Positions 46,901-59,734 of a stretch of DNA of 64,000 bases are shown here, one piece after another. Position 1 is the stretch's first letter. Each line of letters starts with the position of its first letter. The notes under the pieces were generated by a model. The model was not told the DNA's origin and searched no databases. It saw only the letters and a list, made by a program, of their open reading frames with translations. The DNA lies in assembly GCF_006345805.1 (NCBI RefSeq), contig NC_043000.1:110236001-110300000 (forward strand). Direction: 5' to 3'. The DNA is from Octopus sinensis. Its lineage: Eukaryota. A program made the position numbers and the translations under genes.

Positions 46901-49900
46901 TGTATGTAGTATGTATGTATGTATGTATGTATGTATGTAGTATGTATGTATGTATGTGTGTATGTGTGTGTGTGTGTATGTATGCCATTATAATATTAGT
47001 GTGTTCATCTTCATAAAAATCGATACATGACTGTACTCAACAATGGAGTGAATAAAGGGTTTGTTTATTTTATATTAACAAATTTTTTTTATTTCCATTA
47101 GCCTCATCTTTTTTATTATCTGCATCGCCTTGTCTTTCCGTGTTGCTCTTTGCCAGGGAATGCTAAAAATCACGGAACCTTTTTCATTCATCTGTCACAT
47201 ACGATAGAAGCGTCCATTATGTGTGTGCATGTGCGTGTGTACTTCTGCATAGTTTCTGCCAACAAAATTCACCCATAAGGCGTTCACTGCCCTGTGTATT
47301 ACACAGAGCGATGGAACTCGAAGCCATGTGGTTGCGAACCGAATTTGTTAGCAATACAGACACGCCAAAAAATTAGCACTAACATATTTAGAATAGCGAG
47401 CGCAATGTCTTTCATTAATCAAGTCTGTATCAAGAAGTGAACTTTGGACATTAGTCAAAAAGAAGAAAAAAAAAAAAAAAAATCGAATTACAAGGGAGAC
47501 AACTCTTTTTTTATTGCCTTAATATTTACGAGCAGTATCACCCGGCGTTGCTCGGATTTGTTTCGACCCTTTAGAATTGGAATTTTTGAAAAGTAAAAAT
47601 TTTGCATTATGTAGTTTGTTATTCTCTGTAAGTGAACATTTTTCTGGTTGAAATACACCGAAAAATGGCGACACAGCAGTCAAAAAATCGTAAAAAATAG
47701 GGATTTTCATAGGAAAAAAAAGCACCTTTTTGATGTAAATAATTTTTGGTGTTAACATGGTTTGATTTGAATTTTTTCTTCTACGGAAGGAAGCGCAAGT
47801 CTTCTTCTATCATACTCTTAATTTTGGTCAACTTGTGCCGCAGTGTCTCGGAGGAGATAGTGTTAGTTGAAGGCTACCAAATCTGCCATACACAGACAAC
47901 TTCAGCTTTAAATGTAGAGATATCATGTTTTTGAAATGACTCCGAAGTCCAAGAAGATTAAATAGGAAATAAAAAATACGGTCAGTGGGTTGTTTGGCTG
48001 ACACGGAGTACAACTTTGGCCATGTTTTGATTTTATTAGATTCTGTACGGGATGGGATGTGTGTAGGATTTTTCGTCTCCCTCCGATATTTATCGTGTTT
48101 TTAGTGCGTCACGAAAATAAGAGTCCATGAATATAATGGAGCTGCTTCTGATTCTGTTTTTGCTTGTTTGTTAGTTCAATGACTGCTGACCAAGGGTTAA
48201 ACAACAGCATCAACAAAAATAACGATGACGATGACAATACCTTACTACCTGTCATGTTATTCTAATTACTTTCTATCAATGTCACACGAGCTTAATGCCA
48301 GCTTCATTTAGCAACAGCACCCAAAGTTTACTATATCCGGCCTTCGGTGCTCTGAAACCTTATCTGTCTGGAAATCAAATTCCCAGAAGATTTTTGCCTT
48401 CCCCTTTTTGTCCATTACCTTTTCCAGTGTATGTTGGTACCAAGCACCCGTAACCTCATATCCATACTTCCGGCATAGTAGCCAGTGGAGGTTTTGGGCT
48501 ATCTTGTCGTGTCTACGCTTGTACTCTTTCTGCGCAAGACTTTCACAAGCACAAAAAATATGAATCATGCTTTCGACCCTCTTCCCACACATTCTGCAGA
48601 GGTCCGTTGCACTTGTGTGGTATATATCTCTTTTCACTAAGTTGGTATTCACTGCTTGGTCCTGGACTGCGATGATTAGGCTTTCAGTATTCTTTTTTAG
48701 GTCACCCTTGTTGAGCCACTTCCATGATGCTTACTGGTCTTTTAATTTGTTGGTTTCACAGTGGAACTGACCATGTAATTCCATATGGAGTAGTGTTTCT
48801 TCTCTCTTGTTGGCTGTTCTTGATCAGAATTCATGAGCACTCTCAAGTCCATTTTTGTTAACTCCTTCTGCACTAGCAGCATACTGTAGCAAGGCTTCTT
48901 TGCGGTTTACCAAATACTCTGCCATGTTTCTTCTTTCACTGTTGATGCACTCCCATATGCTAATCAGCCCATGTCCACCTTTACCTCTCTTCATATAGAG
49001 CCTGTGTACATTTGTCTTTGGGTGGAAGGGCATCATGCATTGTCATTGTCTTTCGGATAGTGTGATCGAGTTGGTCAGTCTCCGCTTGTGTCCATCTCAG
49101 GATAGGTGCACAATAGCGGACTACAGCAACAGCCCATATGATCCTTGAGTTGAGTTTTGATTTCAAGAGAAGTTTGAGGCGCTTGAAATATGCAGTAATG
49201 ACCTTGTCTTTCATTTCTCTGTGCAAAATATTGTCCACCTCCAGGATCCCAAGGTACTTGTACTCATCATCACCCGGGTCTTCCATTCTCTCTCTGTTTG
49301 GCAATTCTATGTCCCGACAATTTACTCTTTTCCCACGCTTCAAAGTAAGCACCGTACACTTCGAGATACCGAATTCCATCCCTGTATCCTTGCTGCACAT
49401 TTGCAGTCTCAGCCAGCCTCTCCATTTCAGACTCTGTTTTTGCGAACGGTTTTAAATCATCGATGAAGAGAAGGTGGTTGAGACGAAGTCCGTTCTTTCT
49501 TAGCTCATAGTGTATGGTGATTTTGCGTAGGGCAACAGAAAGTGGGATCAGAGGTGAACAAGAATCTCCTTGGAAGATACCTATTTTGGTTGTTACCTCG
49601 GCTAAGTGCTGGTTGTTACAGAAAAGACGCGTTTTCCAACTAGGTATGCTGTTCTTAATCAGTGTACACACGTTCTCACCTATTCCACACATGTCAGGTG
49701 TTTCCAAAATCCACGAATGCAGCAACATGTCGTAAACCTTTTGAAGGCTATCCAGGTCAAGCACAAGTTTTTTTGGTACCCTTTACAGTTCTTCATTATA
49801 ACCTTGTCAATCACAAGGTGATCCTTGGTGCCCTTGGATCCTTTTCGACATCTCTTTTGTTCTACTGGCAGAAGATTGTTTCCCGCAAGGAACGTATATA

Positions 49901-51035
49901 TTTTCCCTGCGAGGGTACCTGTTAATACTTTTATTTTCCCTGCGAGTGTACCTGTTATAATTATTATTATTATTCAGTAGTTTTATTTTTATAGCTTTCA
50001 CTTCACTACCAAGCGCAGCTCTGTGAGCCTTGAGTATGTGCTGTAGTTTGTTGTGATGCTCTTATTTTTACTGTATTAAAAGTGTTTTGCGTAGGATGTG
50101 TGCAGTGCCTAGTAGTGCAATTTTCTGTATGTTATATGTGTTTAAGTCCTGGTGCTTTTGTTATGTATTTGTCTGAATATTTTTTTATCATGCCTAATGC
50201 ACCTACTATGATAGGAATTGTTTCTGTTTTTAGATTCCACATTCGAGTTACCTCTATTTCCAGGTCATTGTATTTCGAAAGTTTCTCCATTTCTTTTAGA
50301 GAAACGTTGTCATTTGCTGGTATTGATATATCATTTATTATTATTATTATTATCGTCATCGTCATCATCATTATTGTTATTATTATTATTATTATTATTA
50401 TAGTCAATTCAGATAAACGAATAAAAATGGAAAGCATAAGGGCGTGCTCAAGAAATGTGTTAGTTTGACGCTCGGTGAAAGGAGAGAGTTTGATGTTTCG
50501 AGCATCGTCGGAAAATCCAAGGAAGGAAAAGAAATCACTAACGGCACATGTGTAGTCACATTGCTGGAGTCATAGGACCTAATAAGTGACCAGGATCGCA
50601 TCATTGCCCTTGAGCGGGATGCCGGTCCGTTGCGGGGCTCAAGGCCCACAATGTTTGAGGAGAGAGGACAAATCAGTTACACAGACCCTAGCACTCGACT
50701 GGTATTTCTTTTTATCTCCCCTTGAAAGGACGAAAGCAAAGCTGATTTCGGTGGGATTTGGACTTAGAACGAAAAGAGCCAAACGGAATACGTCAAGCAT
50801 TTTGTCCAACGGACCGATTATTCCTCCAGGTCACCGCTAAAATCGCGAAGAAGAATGTATAAATAATAACATAGAGATAAAGTGTACTTACTGTTTGGAA
50901 ACCTCTTTCGCCTAAATCGATACCTTGGTAAATCAAAATCTCCGAAATTTCAGTAGACGACAATTTTCCGTCGTTGTCTTTGTCCATGGCATTGAATTCG
51001 GCATTTAAAAATTTAATAGTGTCGTCTTCTGCCAT
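43694..51035 (-). CDS. Divergent calmodulin-like EF-hand protein, 144 aa; complement(join(43694..43910,45371..45444,50892..51035))
   Basis: Three exons with GT-AG sites, phases 0 and 2, open 435 nt: MAEDDTIKFLNAEFNAMDKDNDGKLSSTEISEILIYQGIDLGERGFQTRLIEKYGTLLTKEQFQEFMQSIPNKKRDLRTIFKSFHQERDGYTSKESILEKLTEMRINNAQALIDQMEIGVDDGGLVSYENFLRVYFKSKQQTHS. Canonical loop DKDNDGKLSSTE. Confidence 0.88.
43991..44195 (+). mobile_element. Mariner-derived MITE, same family as 36931-37189 in opposite orientation
   Basis: TIR TATTAGGTTGGTGCATAA / TTATGCACCAACCTAATA. Confidence 0.9.
45371..45444 (-). CDS. EF-hand gene exon 2 (degenerate EF2)
   Basis: Long polypyrimidine tract then CAG; donor GTGAGT at 45370. Confidence 0.85.
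45590..46010 (-). mobile_element. Composite SINE: family-D tRNA head, (TG)n, conserved central domain, AAGAGTAA tail
   Basis: Head at 45835-46005, body at 45590-45800. The same body occurs near 19905, 34505, 52710 and 63850. Confidence 0.8.
46412..46643 (+). mobile_element. Young SINE family B with 15-bp TSD
   Basis: CpGs retained; TSD AGGTATTTGTCAAAT at 46397-46411 and 46644-46658. Confidence 0.9.
46609..46883. repeat. Perfect 60-bp inverted duplication
   Basis: 46609-46668 is the exact reverse complement of 46824-46883. Confidence 0.95.
47529..47920 (-). mobile_element. Non-autonomous Helitron, same subfamily as 24217-24557
   Basis: 5' TCTCTACATTTAAAGCTGAAGTTGTCTGTGTATGGCAG; hairpin CCGAGCAACGCCGGG; 3' end reads CTCG instead of CTAG. 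Confidence 0.8.
48310..49900 (-). mobile_element. R4/Dong-like non-LTR retrotransposon relic (RT, CCHC finger, restriction-like endonuclease)
   Basis: ORFs 49270, 48981 and 48308 carry GIFQGDS..SPL, HLLFIDDLK, GMEFGISKC, YKYLG, CRMCG..ES..H..C, RRHD, RPDIV; frameshifted. Confidence 0.88.
49955..50335 (-). mobile_element. R4/Dong-like 3' fragment embedded in (TAA)n
   Basis: Encodes EKLSKYNDL...IPIIVGALG...IQKIALLGTAHIL; (TAA)n on both sides. Confidence 0.85.
50892..51035 (-). CDS. EF-hand gene exon 1 (EF1)
   Basis: ATG at 51035; donor GTAAGT starting at 50891. Confidence 0.88.
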
Positions 51036-52923
51036 TTTTCAATTTTTGGTATATTCTCCTTTCTCAGATTGGGTCTAAATTGTCTTCGGTAAGTTACCGT
51101 TGTAAATACCTTTATGTCAAAAGAATCAAACGGCAGAAGGTAAAATAGTGTAGACGTTCCAAGATGACAGGCGATAAAGTATAATGTTTATTCCCACACT
51201 CAATCAACGTTCATCTATATCACTCTACTTTTTCAATGTTCTCTTTTCTTCTCTTCTCCAGCTTCTAGTGTATCTTATCTCTCAAACTTTGTAAACTGTG
51301 TATCTATCCCTATATCTCTTCTTTTCTTACCTCTGTTTTCATATCAATGAATTGTCAAAATAAAAGATGATGTCATTATTGGAATCTCGCTCGATTTTCA
51401 AACATCACTGCACCTCACAGCTCTATCAACAAACTTCGTCATTCCTCAACGATAAAATGAAAAAAAGTGATAACTTATCAATGAGATATTCAGGTTTTTG
51501 TACCTACAAAACCTAAAACAATATAGTTCACAGTCAAGTTTATAACTTAGATTTCTGACGACCAGTTATCGTCAGCTGATCATTCTTTGATAAGATTTTA
51601 AACATATTTTTCCCGTTCGCTTACATTCTTTAATTTTATAAACGAGTTCATTGACATGACGAATAAATGGAAAATCGTTTACAACGTGCAAGTTACTCTG
51701 AGTTTCCTACTTAATGATTCATCAGGCATTTTGTACATCCAACACAAGTTGGGAAATTTCAGTAACATAAACTTCTTGTTATTTACGTTGCGAACATGTT
51801 GTAAGGAGCGCAACTCTTTGTACGTTCAAAATTGGTCGACGTCCTTCGTTCGTTAAGTCATTGCGAGGTTAGAGAAAAGTACAAGCATAAAACTAATAGA
51901 GTACAGAAATGTAATATAGAAAATAAAATAATAAATTAATAAAGAATTAAAGGCAATGTTTCGTTTGTAGTAGCACACGTTTCCGTCGATTTCCGTAAAA
52001 AACTTTTATTTAAAGGCAATTGCCGAATTAAATAATATAGAAAGGAGAATTAGAATAATATGAAAAAAATTACTGGCAATTATCTAACGCATACATACAT
52101 ACGTACGTACATACATACATACATGCATGCTTACATACATACATACATATGACAGGCTTCTTTCAGTCTCCGTCTACCAAATCCACTCACAAGGCTTTGG
52201 TCGGCTCGAGTAGAAGACACTTACCCAAAGTACCACGCAATGGGGCTGAACCCGGAACCATGTGGTTGGAAAACAAGCTACTTACCACACAGTCACTCCT
52301 GCGTCTACACACATTTAACATAATTTTTTATAACCCTTTACAAATATCCTAAATACTTTATTCGGTAGCCACGTATAGCGCCAGTTCGTCATAATATAAT
52401 AAATAAAATAAAATAAAATAAAACACCAAGAAAAATACATTTTCACTCGTAATCAGGAAATGTAAGATAAACGCTGGGCAACAGCGGCGGCACATGTCGC
52501 CAGTATCTTGACGGATACAACCGGACGGATACACCTGGACCAAACGTCTCCGACAGTGATTTTATTACAGTTACAACCCACACAATTACGGAACTAAAGT
52601 TTGTTAAACTGATACTGACTGTGTTTACAGCACAAGGAGTAGAACATGTAATGAATTAAAAAAACAAAACGTTTTCTACGAGGATAGGTAAACAGGAACA
52701 TGGACTATAAACCTTACTCTTTTACTTGTTTCAGTCATTTGACTGCGGCCACGCTGGAGCACCGTCTTTAGCCGAGCAAATCGACCCCAAGACTTATTCT
52801 TTGTAAGCCTAGTACTTATTCTATCAGTCTCTTTTGCCGAACCGCTAAGTTACGGGGACGTAAACACACCAGCATCGGTTGTCAATCGATGTAGGGGGAC
52901 AAACACAGACACATATATATACA

Positions 52924-53253
52924 TCTCTCTATATATAAACGGCAAAATGTCTGTGTGTGTGTCCTTTATACAAATCCACAATTTTTCAGTTAGAGGGCTC
53001 ACACTTTCTATGGTCATTCAAAACCGTCCAGGGGTGGTCGTGCACATCTTTACATTTCCCCAATCACCCTGCAAAGCCATTAAAAAAATCAATAGAAGTG
53101 ACTTTTTCGTAAATTTTCTATCCAAAACCCAATCAAAATGCCCGAAACTTGATTCGCCAATTGAATGCCAACTAGCTGTATGTGATTGGTCGGAGATTTG
53201 GACAGTACTCGCGTATATGTGCGCACGCACGCAGCTGTATATGCATACACTAG
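52924..53253 (+). mobile_element. Probable non-autonomous Helitron (another subfamily)
   Basis: A|TCTCTCTATATATAAACGGC start like the other Helitrons; CTAG at 53250-53253, but no clear hairpin. Confidence 0.45.
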
Positions 53254-53619
53254 CACTTTCAGTTTCCGTCTACCAAATCCACTTACAAGGCTTTGGTCGG
53301 CCCGAGGCTATAGTAGAAGACACTTGCCCAAGGTGCCACGCAGTGGGACTGAACTCGGAACTATGTGGCTGGTAAGCAAGCTACTTACGACACAACCACT
53401 CCTATTCTGTTATAATTTCTTATACATTTAGGTCGCATCTTTTTTTTTATAGAGTCCCAGGGTTCATAAAGATGGCAACCCAGTCTTCATTGCGTATAAA
53501 TGATCGAGAGTCCAACATTCGGGACGCCGGTCAATTACAGGTTTCAAGGCGAGCAATTTTCGAAGAGAGGCGACAAGTCTATTACAATGATTCCGGTACT
53601 TTGTTGGTACTTCATTTTA

Positions 53620-54125
53620 CTGATCCCGAAAGGAAGAAAGCAAAGTTGATCTCGGCAGGATTTGAACTCAGAACGTAAAATGCTGGAAGAAATGCCGCTA
53701 AGCATTTTTACCCGACGTAGTAACTATTCTGCCTGGTGGCTGCCTTAATAATAATGATTTCAAATTTGGGCAAAGGACCGGCGGTTTTTGAGGAGATGGG
53801 GAGATAGTCGATTACATCGATCTCAGTACTTGACTGGCCCTTATTTTACCGATTCTGAAAGGATGAAAGGCTAAGTCGACCTCGGCGGAATTTGAACTCA
53901 GAACGTAGCGGCAGACGAAATACCTATTTATTTACTACCCACAAGGGGCTAAACACAGAGAGGACAAACAAGGACAGACAAACGGATTAAGCTGATTATA
54001 TCAACCCCAGTGCGTAACTGGTACTTATTTAATCGACCCCGAAAGGATGAAAGGCAAAGTCAACCTCGGCGGAATTTAAACTCAGAACGTAACGGCAGAC
54101 GAAATACCTATTTCTTTACTACCCA
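53620..54125 (-). mobile_element. Family-B SINE concatemer (184-bp unit)
   Basis: Identical junction ...AAATAG|GTATTTCGTCTG at 53923/53924 and 54107/54108. Confidence 0.85.
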
Positions 54126-55040
54126 CATACATACATGTCTACACTCATAAATCCACTCATAAACTTCGGTCTGCCACGCTATGGGATTGAACCCGGAAGC
54201 ATATGGTTGGGGAGCAAGCTTCTTACCACAGAGCAAATTTCAAAACACCAAATTTCAGACTGCGGAACACTAAATTGATGACAGCTGTATGTACTCCTGG
54301 ATAGTGCGACAGTCTCTTATAAGTAACACTCCCAGAATATCTGCTACTTATAAACTACAGCTGTATGATATGAGGAACATAAAGCTGTGTGTGTGTGTGA
54401 GAGAGAGAGCGAACAGAGTTATTTACTTTCTAAATTTCTAAACCCTTTCCTGATTTCTCAAGTGCACTTAAAAACCACTTGGAAACAAATTCATGTCAAC
54501 TGCTTTAGAAAATTTTATTCAAAATATCTTGACATGTTTTGATGATGATGTTGTCTCATTCAGCAGAGTGTAACATGAAGATTTGAAACTGACCCTAGGT
54601 TGCTGCCAATCACTTCTATTTAGTAAGGCTCATCGGCCTTGACATTGTAACTTCCTCACCCCTAAGCAGAAAACCCCACAAATTCTGCGTTCCCTCTTCC
54701 TCGCTCATATGCACACACACACACACACACGTTTAGTGTCGGCTCAGAATAGCACAAGACTGTCTTCCCATTATTTTATTTTGGCGTCGTCCACAAACCT
54801 GTTTCATGTTTTTGCTACACCTTTCCCACTACACATGTACCAATTTTTAAAAAAAGGTTTTAAGTAATTGGGGGATATTTTTCAATAGTTTACTTGTACA
54901 GCTCACTTTACACATAGTTCAAATGTACAAAACCTCAAAATAACAAGAAATAAGAAATTACTTATTTTGTCCCATTCTCTATTATTAATTTCAAATGCTC
55001 GACGGAATGCCTGATGAAATGCTTGGCGAAAAATATAGAC

Positions 55041-55391
55041 CAAAGGTTCTCAACGGGGACCATACGGCCTCTTGCGGAGGGTGGGGGGGGGACAATTGGA
55101 ACTCGAGGGAGGCGTCTTCGAGCAAAGGGGCTCTCTTGTACCAAAGAGCACTCTTTCGATAGACAACGTGTTAATCTAATACGTGTCGCGTGAGTGAAAC
55201 CAAACTTAAATTCATTAATTGGTTTTTTTTTTTGCATTTCAATTTGTACATCTGCACTCCCGACTGCACACAAGTGCATATGTAAAACGACGTCCTTTTT
55301 ATTTTTTAATCATTATCTGCTGATATCAAAATAAATAGTATATTGAAAAATAAAAATATTTTCAATGGTCAAAATGGGTTGAGAACCTTTG
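55041..55391. mobile_element. hAT-type MITE
   Basis: 14-bp TIR CAAAGGTTCTCAAC / GTTGAGAACCTTTG; exact 8-bp TSD ATATAGAC. Confidence 0.92.
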
Positions 55392-55999
55392 ATATAGACA
55401 AAAGAAAAGAAGAAAAAGGTTTGATTTAATGAAGAATTTTGAAGATATATGCAATAATAAGCCGGGGAAAAAATGTTGTTAGCTGTTTTGAGATGTTATT
55501 TTATAACTAAAGCTAAATTCAATGTTCAAGTGTTTCTCGAATATGTTTACATTGATAAGTTGTGAACCTTTGATCCCTAAGCTATCGCAGTATCTGACTC
55601 TAATTCTAGGTTGTGGGTGGATGAGTTGTAGGACGTTTGGCCCTAAGCGGTGGAGTCCAGCTTAGATACTGGTATACCTGTCAATGGTAAAATTAGGTGA
55701 TGACCATGCCAAGATCTTTCATTATGGTCTTTATTTCATAATAGACATGGCTATGGCCTAAGTCAGGCTTCATCCGAAACAGCTGTCAAGATAAGACTAT
55801 TACACCACTCATTTTGTTTATTTGTATTTCAAGTAAAAACGCTCATTAAGCCTGTTTGTGTTCATCGGCCTTTTCACATGCGCACGCGCGAACACATGAA
55901 CACACGCACGCATACATATACATGAGCAAACACGCAAGTACATACACACACACACAGGTACGCGCGCGCACGCACGCTCACATTATATACATATTATGT

Positions 56000-56615
<616 letters not shown>

Positions 56616-57119
56616 ATAGGACATCACAAATAAACGTAGAACACAACGAGAAACGAAAACATAAAAACAAACAAGGAAACGGACTTTTTTTTAACAACGA
56701 TAAAACAGGGTACAAAACAAACAATACAAGGAATATTTCCCTCCATCAGCTGCCCCTGGTTCGACTCAATGCGTGCCTCGCGTCGTTCCTTATCCTACAA
56801 GTAAGTTTATATATATATATATATATAAAGTAAGCAAAAAAATGGAGAAATATTGATGAACAACAATTGACTAACATCAAAATTAAAAAGTAATAATTGA
56901 TTTTAGTCAATTGTTATTGATCAATATTTCTCCATTTTGTGTTTACTTTAAATTTGATTCCTGATAAACTCGTGTCTTGTTTAGAGCCTTCCTTTTCATT
57001 TGCTTCAACACTGCTTAGGACTTTCATCCTTCTTACTCCTGTCATCAATCTCTCCTTTGAATTTTTTACATACCATACCAGATTATTTCTCTCACACCTT
57101 TACATACCATGCCAGATTA

Positions 57120-58397
57120 CCGTATATTTCAGTATATACGGCGACCTACAGATAAGACGACCCGAAAATCCGAGTAAATGTGCATGTCATCAGCTAACGT
57201 CTGAAATATAAGACGAAACTCGCCTAAGTTTAAGGATAGCCTAAGCAACCGTGTAAATGTTACCATATCATATAAAATACCGGGTATTAATTAAAGACGA
57301 TGTTTATTAGAAATGTTATTTTAATTACCGTATCCTTGAAAGTTAAGACATGAAACAATATATAGTATTAACATAAATTTGTATTAGGCGATGAAAGATA
57401 TTGTTTCTTCAATTCTGTCTATCGTAATGTCGTAAGCAAAGGCGGTGTTCATGCGACCGAACTATTTGAAACGTTCAAAGCAGCAGACGACAGACGAACT
57501 CATTAGGTCAACGAATAGCTTTCTTCTTCTTCTTCTTCTTCTGTTTAAGGCGATTCAACTACAATGATAGTTTTCACTTCTTTTTCTCTCCTATTTCAGT
57601 CTGTTCTTGACTCTCATACCAACCAGATACAATTCTGTAAATATTTTTTATGCTCAACCTACCCATGGAGCCGCAAAAAGAAAAGAAAGAAAGAAACAAA
57701 CGAAAAAAGTACGAAGCAAGTTTTAAACTGAAAGTAATTGAAGTTGCCAAGGCATCTAACAACTGTGCTGCAGCAAGAACATTTGACTGAGAAGATGGTA
57801 AGAGATTGGAGAAAGAATGAAGATAATTTAAGAACCATGCCAAAAGTGAAATGTGCAATGAGAAGAGGAAGCAGTCGTTGACCAGAGTTGGGAGATCATG
57901 TTCGAAAGTGGCTACTTGAACTGAGACAGGATGGATAGTAACACGAAACAGAATAAGATCATATGCATTAAAATGGGCAAAAGCCAACCAAAAACGAAAG
58001 CCAGGAGTTTAAAGCAACAGTAGGCTGGTGCAGTTGTTTCATGAATAGAAAGAATCTTGTGATACGACCAAAAACGAAAATCGCTCAAAAGCTACCATAA
58101 AGTTACCAGTTTTCATCGATTTATTTTTGGGATGAGGCAAAAACATCAGTTTCCTATGTCATGTATCGGAAACATAGATGAGACCCCATTAAACTTTGAC
58201 ATGATGGGTGATAGAACGGTTGACATGAAAGGCGCAAAAATCTTTGCATGTTAGAGGCACGGGTCATGAAAAGACAAGGTTACGATCGTATTATCGTGCA
58301 TGGTTAACGGAACGAAACTGAAACCCATGATAATTTTAAAGCGAAAAACTAAGCCTAAAATAAATTTCCCTTCTGGAGAATTTGTTCAAATATACGG
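57120..58397 (+). mobile_element. Internally deleted pogo-family (POGK/Brinker-type) DNA transposon
   Basis: TA|CCGTATATTT...AAATATACGG|TA. Frameshifted transposase from ~57665: KRKRNKKKYEASFKLKVIE (Brinker-like), WCSCFMNRKNLVIR (CENP-B-like HTH), GNIDETPLNFD, GHEKTR, GTKLKPMIILKRK; truncated mid-catalytic domain. Confidence 0.9.
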
Positions 58398-58981
58398 TAT
58401 ATCATTTTCCTTAGGCCTTTACATACCATGCCAGATTATTTCTCTCACACCTATACATACCATGTCAGATTATATTGTTTTCCTAAGGCTTTTACATACC
58501 ATGCCAGATTATCTTCCTCAGACATCATTATTGTTATTGAGTGAGCGAGCAGCGCATGCCATCAAAGTGACACTGGGGTACAAGTGTATTAAGTCCAGTA
58601 TCCCCATCATGACTACCCGTCTGATAAGGGTACACCAGGCACATACATCATAGCCATATGTGTGAGATAAAGTCATCGCATATCAAGATAAACAGTGCAT
58701 GACCTTGCAGGTGGGGCCCTGTTAGAATTTTCTTCAGGTCGAGTAGCCCATTCTACAAAAAATGTCCCTAAATAAGGGTTGTTTAAGGATGTTGAACAAA
58801 ACACCCATGTTTCCAGAGGTAAATTATTCAAACCCCAAAGAATTCCCCCACTATTTCTGCTCATAATCAGAAATGCACATATCGTCAGCCACTAAGGGAC
58901 ATGCTCAATTGTTTAAGGTCAAACAACTGACAAGCAAATCTGTGGTATTGAGCAGAATATTTGCTGTAGCCCATCTTTTAT

Positions 58982-59210
58982 ACTATTTCTTTACTACACA
59001 CAAGGGGCTAAACACAGGGAGGACAAACAAGGACAGACAAACGGATTAAGTCGATTATATCGACCCCAGCGCGTAACTGGTACTTAATTTATCGACCCCA
59101 AAAGGATGAAAGGCAAAGTAGACCTCGGCGGAATTTGAAATCAGAACGTAACGGCAGACGAAATGCGGCTACGCATTTCGCCCGGCGTGCTAACGTTTCT
59201 GCCAGCTCAC
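58982..59210 (-). mobile_element. SINE family B
   Basis: Full head, central domain and tail. Confidence 0.85.
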
Positions 59211-59734
59211 CAAGACAAAGGAATGTACATGATAACACTTCAGTTAAGATCAAAAGTCATGAGAGTCACGGCCAGGTATTGCCTTTTATCCTTTAGAGGT
59301 CGATAAATTAAATACCAGTGAAACACTGGGGTCGATGTAATCAACTAGTCCCTTCCCCCAAATTTCAGGCCTTTAATATAAAGGATTATCATTACTGAAA
59401 CCAAGCTCAGGTTCGGTCTTATTCCTGGTAAGATTTAAACGGGTAGCGGGTTACTTCCTGAAATCTTAAGTATCTACAAGTTTACAGCAGTCTTTCAAGT
59501 GCTTAGAACCGTCCTGATAATCCTTGCTGCCCCTAAGAAACAAGCTTTCTGTAGGAGCTCTGCCGGGCATTCTGTTCCAATCTCCTTCAGCCATTAGTCT
59601 ATATCTTTGCTTACTCTTCCCAACGAACCGATTATTATAGGTACAACTGTTACTGTTCGCATGCTCCAAATTCTTTCGATTTCAAATTTTAAGGGAGAGT
59701 ATTTTCTTTGTTTTTCTTCCTCTTTCTTTGCGAT

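Noticed and set aside
50485-50515. Hammerhead-like relic on the - strand (CCGACGA-UGCUC-GAAAC)
   Set aside because: U4 is mutated, stem II is mostly deleted, and no stem I or III is recoverable.
54400-54720. Unique non-repeat stretch that might be a conserved non-coding element
   Set aside because: Nothing in the sequence alone supports function; it needs cross-species alignment.
54962-55279. 105-aa - strand ORF
   Set aside because: Lies largely inside the hAT MITE 55041-55391.
55765-55800. GAAAC-AGCT-GTC half hammerhead; a similar GAAACAGCTGTA occurs at 2449-2460
   Set aside because: No CUGANGA box in a position to close stems I and II.
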